Shown piece after piece: positions 42,304 to 52,400 of a DNA stretch of 64,000 bases. The notes beneath the pieces are model-generated. The model did not search any database. It saw nothing but the letters and a program-made list of their open reading frames with translations, and was not told where the DNA came from. The DNA is from Obrimoposthia wandeli. Lineage: Eukaryota. Positions within the stretch are counted from its first letter, which is position 1. Each line of letters opens with the position of its first letter. The DNA lies in contig CDROCS010000253.1 in assembly GCA_977020255.1 (NCBI GenBank), positions 434,001 through 498,000 of the forward strand. The letters run 5' to 3'. Position numbers and translations under genes: made by a program.

Positions 42304-43053
42304 TTAACGTAGAATTGATTCTAGTTCTAGTGAAGCATCGCTTTGTTCATCGCGATATTTAACGATAAGCGCACATGCCATACTTAGACCTTGCTCTTGA
42401 GCCCATTCACCTTTTACAGGACGGGTACCAGGTACAACAACTGCACGTTCTGGAATTTCAGCACCTTTTTCTCGCATAACTTGATTAACACAATCATAAA
42501 CAGGTACTGATTTTGAAAGAGATACGCCTGGTGCTAATACCGCACCTTTTTTAACAACAATGCCTTCAACTACAACGACACCAGCACTTAAAAAGGCACC
42601 ATCTTCAATGATTACAGGACTAGCGCCTATTGGCTCTAATACGCCACCAATTTGAACGGCTGCTGAAATATGTACATTTTTACCAACTTGTGCACATGAA
42701 CCAATCAAGGCATGGCTATCAACCATAGTGCCACTATCAACAAAAGCGCCAACATTGATATAAGCTGGTGGCATGATGATAACACCTTCAGCGACGTAAG
42801 CACCTGCGCGTACTGATGAACCACCAGGTACTAAACGAACACCATCTTTTGGTGTAAATTGACGAGCTGGTAAGTTGTGTTTATCAACAAAACCTTGGTA
42901 ATTATCATCAAAAGCAACGTTTTTACCTGCTTTAAATGCAGCTAAAATACCTTGTTTCACTTCAATGTTGGCATGCCAGTTACCGGCATCATCTTGGTTT
43001 GCCGCTCGTAAACTACCTGATTCTAACTGTGCTAATACATCTTGCCAGTCCAT
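42304..43053 (-). CDS. dapD: Tetrahydrodipicolinate N-succinyltransferase, short form
   Basis: RLVPGGSSVR, MPPAYINVGAFVD, GSCAQVGKNVHIS, GGVLEP hexapeptide repeats. Confidence 0.88.
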   Translation of the reverse strand: MDWQDVLAQLESGSLRAANQDDAGNWHANIEVKQGILAAFKAGKNVAFDDNYQGFVDKHNLPARQFTPKDGVRLVPGGSSVRAGAYVAEGVIIMPPAYINVGAFVDSGTMVDSHALIGSCAQVGKNVHISAAVQIGGVLEPIGASPVIIEDGAFLSAGVVVVEGIVVKKGAVLAPGVSLSKSVPVYDCVNQVMREKGAEIPERAVVVPGTRPVKGEWAQEQGLSMACALIVKYRDEQSDASLELESILR

Positions 43054-43229
43054 TTATTACTCCGCTTATCTGATAAAAAGTTTATAGAAAAATAATGAGT
43101 ACCCGTGTTATTAAAGGTATGCATAAACACACTTGATTAATAAAACTAAATACATTGCGCGGAGGACTGGGCATTGACAGAGAAGAGCATAATATCAGCT
43201 GAGCTGGTATTTGGGCTAATATGCAAAGA

Positions 43230-43640
43230 CCAGAAGCTCCCCACTTAATACCCGTTCCACTTGAAGATGCATGATTCAGCTGGAATTAGAAATGCCTTTA
43301 GGCAAGGCATTGATTGAAGAGAATAGTTATTCTATTGTCTAAATCAATAACGCAGTATAAAGCGTTTCTAAACCAGTTGTTGGTTACATTTCTTAGGGAA
43401 TGACCCTTAATAAAAAATGTGCCTTGATTATGAATCGCTCAGACTTCCTGACGAGCATTTCAAGTGATAAAATATAAAGTGACAAGTATTCAGCCCACAA
43501 CCGATAAACAGCTAATCAAATAGTCATTTATCTCGGCGTTAATCCCCCTCATTACTATCTACAGATTTTGATATCTGTTTTTGAATTGTTCAAGACAATA
43601 CAAAACAATAGTAATTACCTGGTTAACGCTCCTCTTCTGG
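43230..43640 (-). ncRNA. Lysine riboswitch, interrupted by a 230-nt insertion
   Basis: The 5' end is CCAGAAGAGGAGCGUUAACCAGGUA. P1 CCAGAAG (43640-34) pairs with CUUCUGG (43236-30). P2 attactat/atagtaat and P3 are present, the loops AUCAAA/UUUGAU are complementary, and the 3' end is AAGUGGGGAGCUUCUGG. It lies upstream of dap/lys genes. Confidence 0.85.
43247..43476. mobile_element. ERIC-like MITE, decayed copy 2 (inverted relative to copy 1)
   Basis: 43263-43376 aligns ungapped to the reverse complement of copy 1, with 8 mismatches in 114 nt (manual count). The rest matches the other module, with a 35-40 nt internal loss and eroded TIRs. Confidence 0.9.
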
Positions 43641-43808
43641 CCCTATTAAAATTTACTGGTAAGTTACTCAACCGGTAAATTGAAATTAGGGACTCTACTA
43701 TTTAAGCATTTTTTTTACCTAGGTACAATTAACTTCCGGCAAATAACCCTATTCCCTTATAACTATTTACCGTAGAATATAACCATAATTTTTATCATTT
43801 ATTGCCCT

Positions 43809-44882
43809 GTGTCTTACCTTATGTCTTTGTCGAATCCCAGCCAAATTTTATTACGTAATAGTGAATTACTTATCGCTAAAACGCCTTTATTTATTAACTT
43901 ACCTGAGGATGGTTTCATTGATGCTTATATAGAGATTCATAAGCCAGACAGTATTGATTGCTTTAATACCAACTTTATTGATTATCAGGCTATTACCAAA
44001 AAGCATAACAGCTCATCTAATAATAAAAATGTTCAAACAACATTCGCCAGTACCTATCAAACAAAGACTTGCCATGACGTCGTCATAATAGCCTTCCCTA
44101 AAAGCAAGGCTGAACTAAATTTCACTCTCGCTATGATTGCTCATTGTATAAATGAAACAACAAAAATATTGCTGGTTGGCGAGAAAAAATGCGGCATTCA
44201 GTCTGCGGCTAAATTAACCCAAAACATATTATCTTGTTGTCAAAAAGTCGATGCGGCACGCCATTGTCTGCTTTTTGTTGGGCTATTTCAGCCAGAAAAA
44301 TTATCTGATGTTTTCAACCTGCAAGATTGGTTTAAAAAATACCATATTACGGTTGAAGGTATTCAACTGACAATTGCCTCATTACCAGGCGTTTTTAGTC
44401 AGCAAAAGCTTGATGTTGGTACGGCATTATTACTGAGTAACTTACCCAATAAGATGTCAGGAAGAATTCTCGACTTTGGTTGTGGTGCAGGGGTAATTAG
44501 CTGTTTTATTGGCAAGAAATTTAGCGAGGCAGACTTATCTCTATTGGATGTTAGCGCCTTAGCCTTAACCTCAGCACAAGAGAGTTTAGCGTTAAATGGT
44601 CTATCGGGTAATGTATTCCCCTCAAATAGCTTATCGGATGTTAACGAACACTATCAACACGTTGTTTCAAATCCTCCGTTTCATCAAGGTGTTAAAACGC
44701 ACTATCAAGCCAGTGAGGACTTCTTAGCCGGAATAAACAAAAAACTTAACAAGCAAGGTAGCATTACCATAGTAGCCAACAGCTTTTTGCGTTATCTCCC
44801 CATCATGGAAGCACACATCGGTCATACTCGCGTGATAACAAAGGACAAAGGGTTTACTATTTACCGAGCTCAGCTATCATAA
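43809..44882 (+). CDS. rsmC: 16S rRNA m2G1207 methyltransferase
   Basis: FPKSKAE, LPGVFS...LDVGT, LDFGCGAG, VSNPPFH. Confidence 0.93.
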   Translation: MSYLMSLSNPSQILLRNSELLIAKTPLFINLPEDGFIDAYIEIHKPDSIDCFNTNFIDYQAITKKHNSSSNNKNVQTTFASTYQTKTCHDVVIIAFPKSKAELNFTLAMIAHCINETTKILLVGEKKCGIQSAAKLTQNILSCCQKVDAARHCLLFVGLFQPEKLSDVFNLQDWFKKYHITVEGIQLTIASLPGVFSQQKLDVGTALLLSNLPNKMSGRILDFGCGAGVISCFIGKKFSEADLSLLDVSALALTSAQESLALNGLSGNVFPSNSLSDVNEHYQHVVSNPPFHQGVKTHYQASEDFLAGINKKLNKQGSITIVANSFLRYLPIMEAHIGHTRVITKDKGFTIYRAQLS

Positions 44883-44901
44883 AGAAACAGAATATAATTT
44901 A

Positions 44902-46542
44902 TTGGGTACCATGCCACACTTAACCAACACCATTTCACTACAAAGTCGCTTAGTCCAAAGCATAATGGCTTTAACCCTATTAATATTAATCATTGTTTCG
45001 GTGAGTATTATTAATATCGTTGATGAACAAGAAAATAAGACTATTGCCAGTGAGACGCATGCATGGGCCAATATATTGGCAAGAAATAGTAGTCGATTTC
45101 TAGAAAGTGATAATGATAATAGCCAAAGCAAACTGAACAGTGAGCTTAAAAAATTAATTTCAACTCCACTAATCAATCGTATACATATTTATCGGTCGAA
45201 TGAAGATGGCAGCATTGAGTATTTTAGTAGTTATAATAAAAATCATAATTTTCCAGCCATTAGCGATAAAATAGCCAAAATATCACAATTAACGACTATC
45301 CAATATGAAGAAAACCACTTAGAACTGATTGTTAAAATAACTCAAGGTCAGCAGACCTTGGGCTACTTATTCATCCAATCTAGTCTGCTTGAGAAACAGA
45401 GTTTCATCAAAAGATTAATCTATATTATGTTCGGATTTATTCTATTCGCTCTTATACTTGCTTTTGGTGTCTCGCAATGGTTATTTAATAAAACCAATCA
45501 ACCCATAGTCAAGTTAATCGAAGATGTCGGGCAAATATCACAAAGTAAAAATTATCAACTTAAATTAGCTAACCAGCCCTATAAAGAACTTGATATTCTG
45601 GCTAGAAATATCAATGTACTATTACTTCGCACTGATAAATACATCAATAAAATCATGGATGAACATCAATATGCCTTATCTCAAAACCAAGCATTAGAGA
45701 ATAGACTTAGCGCTAGAACTGATGCATTAAAAGAGTCAAATCAAGAGTTACTATCAACCTTAGAAAAGCTCCATGAATTTCAGGGGCAATTAGTTGAAAC
45801 TGAGAAGATGGCTTCACTTGGTGATATGGTGGCTGGCATAGCACATGAAGTAAACACGCCTATTGGTTTAGGTGTAACTGCTTCGAGTTTATTAGCAGAT
45901 AAACTCGATGAAATTAAAGTTGCCTTTGAAGATAAAACATTAAAATCTAGCCAATTAAAAAAATTCTTAACTGATGGTGTTGAGAACGTCTCAATAATAT
46001 TCCGTAACTTAGAACGAGCGGCAAAATTAATATCAAGCTTTAAAAAGGTTGCTGTTGACCAATCGAGTGCTGAAAGCTGTACCTTTAATGTTCGCGGTTT
46101 GTTAGATGAAGTATTGCTCACGCTCTCAGCAAAACTGGTGTCTACCAATGTAGCTGTTTCGGTCAACTGCCCAGAAGAGCTCTATATCAAGAGTAAACCA
46201 GGTCCTATCAACCAGATACTAATAAACCTGATCCTAAATTCAATTTATCATGCTTTTGAAGGGCTTGAGCGTGGCACGATAACAATAAACGTAATGAATT
46301 TGAGTAACCAATTGCATATTAATTATAGTGATGATGGTATTGGTATTGATGATTCTGTGAAAGCAAAAATTTTCGACCCCTTTACTACCACCAAGCGCGG
46401 TAGTGGTGGCAGTGGATTAGGTATGCATTTAGTTTACAATTTAGTAACTCAAGCACTCGATGGTCATATAGTGCTTGACAATGAAGCAGAGCATGGCGTG
46501 TGTTTTGATATCACTTTTCCGGTAGAATTAGCAGCAACTTAA
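44902..46542 (+). CDS. Periplasmic-sensing histidine kinase (TM-sensor-TM-HAMP-HisKA-HATPase)
   Basis: EKMASLGDMVAGIAHEVNTP, DDGIG, FDPFTTTK, GSGLG. No receiver domain and no obvious PAS. The ATG at 44911 is a likely start. Confidence 0.9.
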   Translation: MGTMPHLTNTISLQSRLVQSIMALTLLILIIVSVSIINIVDEQENKTIASETHAWANILARNSSRFLESDNDNSQSKLNSELKKLISTPLINRIHIYRSNEDGSIEYFSSYNKNHNFPAISDKIAKISQLTTIQYEENHLELIVKITQGQQTLGYLFIQSSLLEKQSFIKRLIYIMFGFILFALILAFGVSQWLFNKTNQPIVKLIEDVGQISQSKNYQLKLANQPYKELDILARNINVLLLRTDKYINKIMDEHQYALSQNQALENRLSARTDALKESNQELLSTLEKLHEFQGQLVETEKMASLGDMVAGIAHEVNTPIGLGVTASSLLADKLDEIKVAFEDKTLKSSQLKKFLTDGVENVSIIFRNLERAAKLISSFKKVAVDQSSAESCTFNVRGLLDEVLLTLSAKLVSTNVAVSVNCPEELYIKSKPGPINQILINLILNSIYHAFEGLERGTITINVMNLSNQLHINYSDDGIGIDDSVKAKIFDPFTTTKRGSGGSGLGMHLVYNLVTQALDGHIVLDNEAEHGVCFDITFPVELAAT

Positions 46543-46673
46543 TGAAATAATGGCTTTAAAAATTGTTTTTTCAATTTCACTTGACTAAAATAGTTAAATA
46601 AATGTAAATAAATTACATATACCCATTAAAATAATAATCGCAATAACCATTAAAATATTAGGTAAATTCCAAC

Positions 46674-47375
46674 ATGCAGACTTATCAAATCTTAGTTGTA
46701 GAAGATGAAGACGTTACTCGTTTTAACTTACGCAATTTATTTGAAGCAGAAGGTTACGTCGTTTTCGAAGCTGTTGATGGCAATAGTATGGCTGAGCAGC
46801 TTAGACTACATACCATCAATCTCGTCATTATGGATATTAATTTACCGGGAAAAAATGGCTTATTATTAGCGCGTGAATTAACAGCAAATAAAGACTTAGG
46901 GTTAATTTTTCTTACCGGTAGAGATAGCGACATTGATAAAATTCTTGGCTTAGAAATTGGTGCCGATGATTATTTGACTAAACCTTTTAACCCACGCGAG
47001 TTGACTATCAGAGCACGTAATATTTTAAGTCGCATTGGTCAAACGAGTACAGAACCCGAACAAAGCGTAGTGAGCTTCAATCAATGGACCCTAGATGGAA
47101 ATTCTCGTCAAATGACCAGCCCTGTAGGTGATGTGATTGCCATTCCACGTGGTGAGTTTCGCGCATTAAGTTTACTTATAAAAAATGCCGGAAAAATAAT
47201 TTCACGCCAAGAATTAATTAAAGAAATGACCGGTAGAGATTTACGTTCTAATGACCGTACAGTTGATGTCACCATAAGACGCTTACGTAAACACTTTGAA
47301 CTGAACCAAAACACGCCAGAGCTTATTAATACCATTCATGGTGAAGGTTATCGCTTTGTCGGTACTCTAGATTAA
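46674..47375 (+). CDS. arcA: Response regulator ArcA
   Basis: LFEAEGY...[22 protein letters not shown]...FLTGRD...[14 protein letters not shown] closely follows ArcA. Confidence 0.88.
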   Translation: MQTYQILVVEDEDVTRFNLRNLFEAEGYVVFEAVDGNSMAEQLRLHTINLVIMDINLPGKNGLLLARELTANKDLGLIFLTGRDSDIDKILGLEIGADDYLTKPFNPRELTIRARNILSRIGQTSTEPEQSVVSFNQWTLDGNSRQMTSPVGDVIAIPRGEFRALSLLIKNAGKIISRQELIKEMTGRDLRSNDRTVDVTIRRLRKHFELNQNTPELINTIHGEGYRFVGTLD

Positions 47376-47396
47376 ACAGTTCAAGGTTAATATATT

Positions 47397-47424
47397 AGCG
47401 GCCCTAGCTTGGGCTGCTTTATTT
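47397..47424 (+). terminator. Terminator after arcA
   Basis: agcggccc-tagctt-gggctgct followed by a T-rich run. Confidence 0.55.
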
Positions 47425-47454
47425 GATTAGTTCGATATTAAATATAATTACAGT

Positions 47455-47817
47455 CTAGATTGTTTCCAACCAATTTTTAAAAGCAAGCATTGCTTGCTCA
47501 TTCGATAACCTCAAATCCTTTAACAATACCGATTTTTCCTCTTTCGATACGTCCATTTTTTCTAATAACTTTAATTGCCCATGTAATTGCAACATGCCGA
47601 CACTCGCTGTGGCGCCTTTCATTTTATGACAATGCTCTTGCCAGCCCGAGAGTGAATCACTGAGTTGTGCACTTTCAATATCGTTAAGGTAAATTTCAAC
47701 TTGCTGACAATATAAAGTGAACATCTGTTCCACAATAGTTTTACCTAAACTGTCTAAATAACCCTGAAGTAACTCCAGATCTAAAGAAGGATTCGATTGT
47801 TTAGTTTCCACAGTCAC
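47455..47817 (-). CDS. Stand-alone Hpt protein (HptA-like)
   Basis: 120 aa, helical, CHKMKGATASVG phospho-His motif. Confidence 0.88.
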   Translation of the reverse strand: MTVETKQSNPSLDLELLQGYLDSLGKTIVEQMFTLYCQQVEIYLNDIESAQLSDSLSGWQEHCHKMKGATASVGMLQLHGQLKLLEKMDVSKEEKSVLLKDLRLSNEQAMLAFKNWLETI

Positions 47818-48058
47818 GCCTTTTTCTGCAAATAATATAGAATATACCTATATTACCGCAGTAATAAAAATCAGACAAACTTATTGAAAATTATGAAAAA
47901 AAACAACCTTTTCTCATGTTTTTTATCTCTAGAGCAACAACAGTAATGATTACCATTAAAAAATAAGCTAGAATGTGCGCCCTTAGATCTACTCTTCGTC
48001 CTTCTTTCAAGAATATCTCGAAGATTAGTTAATAACTATCGTTTAAAGTGGAGTCGAA

Positions 48059-48985
48059 ATGACGACATCAATGCCAGATATCGCCAATCATACAACAGCT
48101 CAAACCGAAGGTACTCTTGACTGGGTCGGTATGAGTAACATTGAAATGCCTATTATGGTTGCCTCAAAAGGTGAAAGTGAGCGTATGGTATCAGCTCATA
48201 TTGATGCCTTTGTGAACTTGAAAGATGCACAAGCTAAAGGCATACATATGTCACGCCTTTATCTACTTATCGATGAATTATCTACAAGTAATGTACTTAA
48301 CTATCAAAGTTTAGTCAGCTTGCTTGATGGTTTTATTAGTAGTCACCAAGAGTTAAGTGATCAAGCTAAAGTACAATTTAGCTTTGATTATCATTTACGT
48401 AGAAAATCATTAATCAGTGGTAAAGAAGGCTGGAAGGCTTACCCGGTAACAGTAACAGGATACCTAAACAAAGGTAAACTCACTATTGAGCTAGCCATTG
48501 ATGTACCCTATTCATCTACATGTCCATGCTCTGCGGCCCTTGCTAGACAATTAATACAAAAGGCTTTCCAGGATAAATTTGCTCAACAAAGCGAATTAGC
48601 ATTAACTGATGTCCATGATTGGTTAGGTACAACAGAAGGGATCGTAGCAACTCCTCATTCACAGCGCTCTGTTGCCGAAATGAAAGTAAAACTTAATTCG
48701 ACTGTTAATGACTTTCCTATTACTGAGTTAGTTGATTTAATTGAAAATTCTCTGAAAACACCAGTGCAAGCTGCAGTGAAACGTGAAGATGAACAAGAGT
48801 TTGCTCGTCTAAATGGTCAGAACCTAATGTTTTGTGAAGATGCCGCGCGTCGCTTACAACACAGTATGAATCAAACAGATCAATTCGATGATTTCTGGCT
48901 ACGTATTAATCATTTAGAATCACTCCATGCCCATGACGCGGTCAGTGTCACGACTAAGGGTGTCGAGGATGGCTATCAGCCATAA
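48059..48985 (+). CDS. folE2: GTP cyclohydrolase IB
   Basis: [39 protein letters not shown]. Confidence 0.95.
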   Translation: MTTSMPDIANHTTAQTEGTLDWVGMSNIEMPIMVASKGESERMVSAHIDAFVNLKDAQAKGIHMSRLYLLIDELSTSNVLNYQSLVSLLDGFISSHQELSDQAKVQFSFDYHLRRKSLISGKEGWKAYPVTVTGYLNKGKLTIELAIDVPYSSTCPCSAALARQLIQKAFQDKFAQQSELALTDVHDWLGTTEGIVATPHSQRSVAEMKVKLNSTVNDFPITELVDLIENSLKTPVQAAVKREDEQEFARLNGQNLMFCEDAARRLQHSMNQTDQFDDFWLRINHLESLHAHDAVSVTTKGVEDGYQP

Positions 48986-49010
48986 CAATAACTAAATTCT
49001 GTTATTAAAC

Positions 49011-49043
49011 AAAGCCAATAGTGATATTACTATTGGCTTTTTT
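49011..49043 (+). terminator. Terminator after folE2
   Basis: aaagccaatagt-gatatt-actattggctttttt. Confidence 0.85.
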
Positions 49044-49422
49044 GTTTTTATCCCCCCCTTTTTTTAGCGCTTGCAAGCGTGCCTCCTAAATAGATCACAT
49101 ATACTGACTCCCGCTATAAAACGTCTGTAAAACGTATTTATTTCATGATTGTCTAGTCCATGAGAATCAAATAACATTTAAAAAAGAACAATCACTGCAA
49201 AAACAATCTATTGATAAAGTTGCATTTCATTATTCAAGTACAACACAGCAAAGACATGTAGATGACTTACGAGCAAAAGCTCTATTTTAATTGACCTTTA
49301 CTAAAGAACTGGGTAGTGTTGATCATTCCACTTACTTAAAAAGAGGTGTATTTATGCATTTTTTTCATGCCTTTATTCTTTTTTATCTGTCCTGTAAGTT
49401 GGTTTATTATTAGGAGAAAAAC

Positions 49423-52400
49423 ATGCAGCTTTATGATCATAGCGTCCAAAAAGACAACTGTGGTTTTGGTTTAATTGCCCATCAACAGGGTGAAACCAGT
49501 CACAAACTTATTAAAACCGCTATTTCCGCTTTAGATCGTATGCAACATCGTGGTGGTATCGCCAGCGATGGTAAAACAGGTGACGGCTGTGGCTTATTAT
49601 TACAAAAACCAGACAGTTTTTTTCGCGCCGTAGCTGCCGACAATAACTGGAAGCTAGGTAAAAAGTATGCTGTTGGCATGATTTTCCTAAGCCCTGATCC
49701 AATTGAAGCTGCACTTTCCAAAAAAGTATTAGAAGAAGAGTTAGCCAATGAAAGCTTAACTTTAATAGGCTGGCGAACAGTGCCTATTGACACTTCCGTG
49801 TTAGGTGAAATCGCTATAGGTAATTTGCCAACCATAGAACAAGTATTTGTTGACGCACCTCCAGGATGGAGAAATCTAGAGCTCGAACGCCGTTTATATA
49901 TGGCGCGTCGTCGTGCTGAAAAGCGTATTACTGACGAGAAGTTTTATGTAGCAAGTTTATCTTGCTTAGTCACAATCTACAAAGGCCTGATGATGCCGGT
50001 AGATTTACCTAATTTTTATTTAGATTTAGCTGATATTCGAATGCAAAGTGCAATTTGTGTATTCCATCAGCGCTTTTCAACCAATACTTCGCCACAGTGG
50101 CATTTAGCACAACCGTTTCGCTATCTAGCGCACAATGGTGAAATCAATACCATTAACGGTAACCGTCAATGGAGTCGCGCCAGAACTCATCGTTTTAAAT
50201 CACCTTTATTACCTGACTTACAAGATGCAGCACCTTTTGTTGGTCAAACAGGCTCTGATTCATCGTCTTTAGATAACATGCTTGAACTCTTTTTAGCGGG
50301 TGGTATGGATCTATACCGTGCTATGCGCTTATTAATGCCACCAGCATGGCAAAACAATCCCTTAATGGATGATGATTTACGTGCCTTCTATGAATTCAAC
50401 TCTATGCACATGGAACCGTGGGACGGCCCTGCTGGCGTAGTAATGACAAATGGTCGTCATGTTGCCTGTAACCTTGATAGAAACGGCTTACGCCCTGCTC
50501 GTTATGTCATCACTCGTAATGGTTTTATTACCCTCGCCTCTGAAGTAGGTATTTGGGATTATGGTGAAGATGAAGTAGTAGAGAAGGGCCGAGTTGGCCC
50601 GGGTGAAATGCTCGCCATTGATACCTATACGGGTAAAATATCTCATTCAAGCGATATTGATAACAACTTAAAAGAGCGCCATCCTTATAGAGAATGGTTA
50701 ACTAAAAATATTCGCCGCTTAATCCCTTTTGATCAGCTTGAAGCTAACTTAATTGGCCAGCGAGTATTTACTGATGCAGAAATGAATCAGTACCATAAAA
50801 TGTTTAATTATAGCTATGAAGAAATTCAGCAAGTGATCAGAACATTAGCTGAGAATGGTCAAGAAGCGACAGGCTCTATGGGAGATGATACTCCTATGGC
50901 GGTATTATCGAGTCAAACGCGTACTTTATATGACTATTTCCGTCAGCAGTTTGCACAAGTAACAAACCCACCAATAGACCCCTTGCGTGAGCGTTATGTG
51001 ATGTCACTAGGTACCTGCATTGGTCGTGAGCATAACGTATTTAATGAAACGTCGGGTCATGCCGATCGGATGTTATTTTCAACGCCAGTATTGATGTATA
51101 CCGGCTTGAAACAATTACGCGAGTTAGATCCTGAACATTATCGTTCAGACACCTTAACGCTCAGTTTTGAGGTAGAAGAAGGTTTAGAAGCCGCCATAAG
51201 ACGTTTATGTGATGAATCCGAAAAACTTGTTCGCGATAGCGGCACAGTTATCTTGGTATTATCAGATAGAAATATCCAGCCTGATTTACTGGTTATTCCT
51301 GCGGCAATGGCTGTTGGCGCAGTACAAAAACGTTTAGTCGATCAGCAGTTACGTTGTGACTCAAATATCATTGTTGAGACTGGCTCAGTACGTGACTCAC
51401 ATCAGTATGCCGTATTACTTGGCCTAGGTGCCACGGCAATATACCCCTATCTAGCGTTTGAAACTATTGAACAATTAGTTGAACAAGGGCAAATTAATTT
51501 ATCAGCCCGTGATGCTATCGTTAATTATCGTGAAGGCATTAATAAAGGTTTATTGAAAATACTGTCTAAAATGGGTATTTCAACCATTGCCAGTTACCGT
51601 TGTGCCGGCTTATTTGAAGTTATTGGTTTAAATGAAGACATTATGGCGCTTTGTTTCAGTGACTTACCAAGTCGTATTAAAGGAGCTGACTTTAGTGATA
51701 TCCAACAAGATGCTGTTAACCTAACGCGCAAAGCATTTTTACCTCATCAGAAAGTTAATCATGGCGGCTTATTAAAGTATGTTCATGGCGGTGAATACCA
51801 TGCCTTTAACCCTAATGTGGTTAATTATTTACAACGTGCCGTGCAAAACGGTGATTATAATGATTATCGCACTTTTGCCGATGAAGTTAATAACCGCCCT
51901 GTCGCCACCATCCGTGATTTATTAAAACTCAAGGATGACTGCGAGCCGATTGAACTCGATCAAGTTGAACCTGAAAGTGAAATGTTCAAACGTTTTGATA
52001 GCGCCGCGATGTCAATTGGAGCGCTTAGCCCAGAGGCACATGAAGCGCTAGCTATTGCGATGAATCGCTTAGGTGGATTTTCAAACTCTGGTGAAGGCGG
52101 TGAAGATGAACGCCGTTTTGGCACGGTTAAAAACTCCCGTATCAAACAAATTGCCTCAGGACGCTTTGGCGTAACCCCACACTACTTAGTTAATGCAGAC
52201 GTATTGCAAATTAAAGTAGCGCAAGGGGCAAAACCTGGTGAAGGTGGACAATTACCTGGCGATAAGGTATCGCCGTTAATTGCTAAATTACGTTATTCAG
52301 TACCCGGTGTCACCTTAATTTCTCCACCACCACATCATGACATTTATTCTATTGAAGATTTAGCTCAGCTTATTTTTGACTTAAAACAAGTTAATCCAAA

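Noticed and set aside
47940-47960. Fur-like sequence upstream of folE2
   Set aside because: Only about 13/19 match in AT-rich DNA. I also found no Zur box here, although folE2 is often Zur-regulated.
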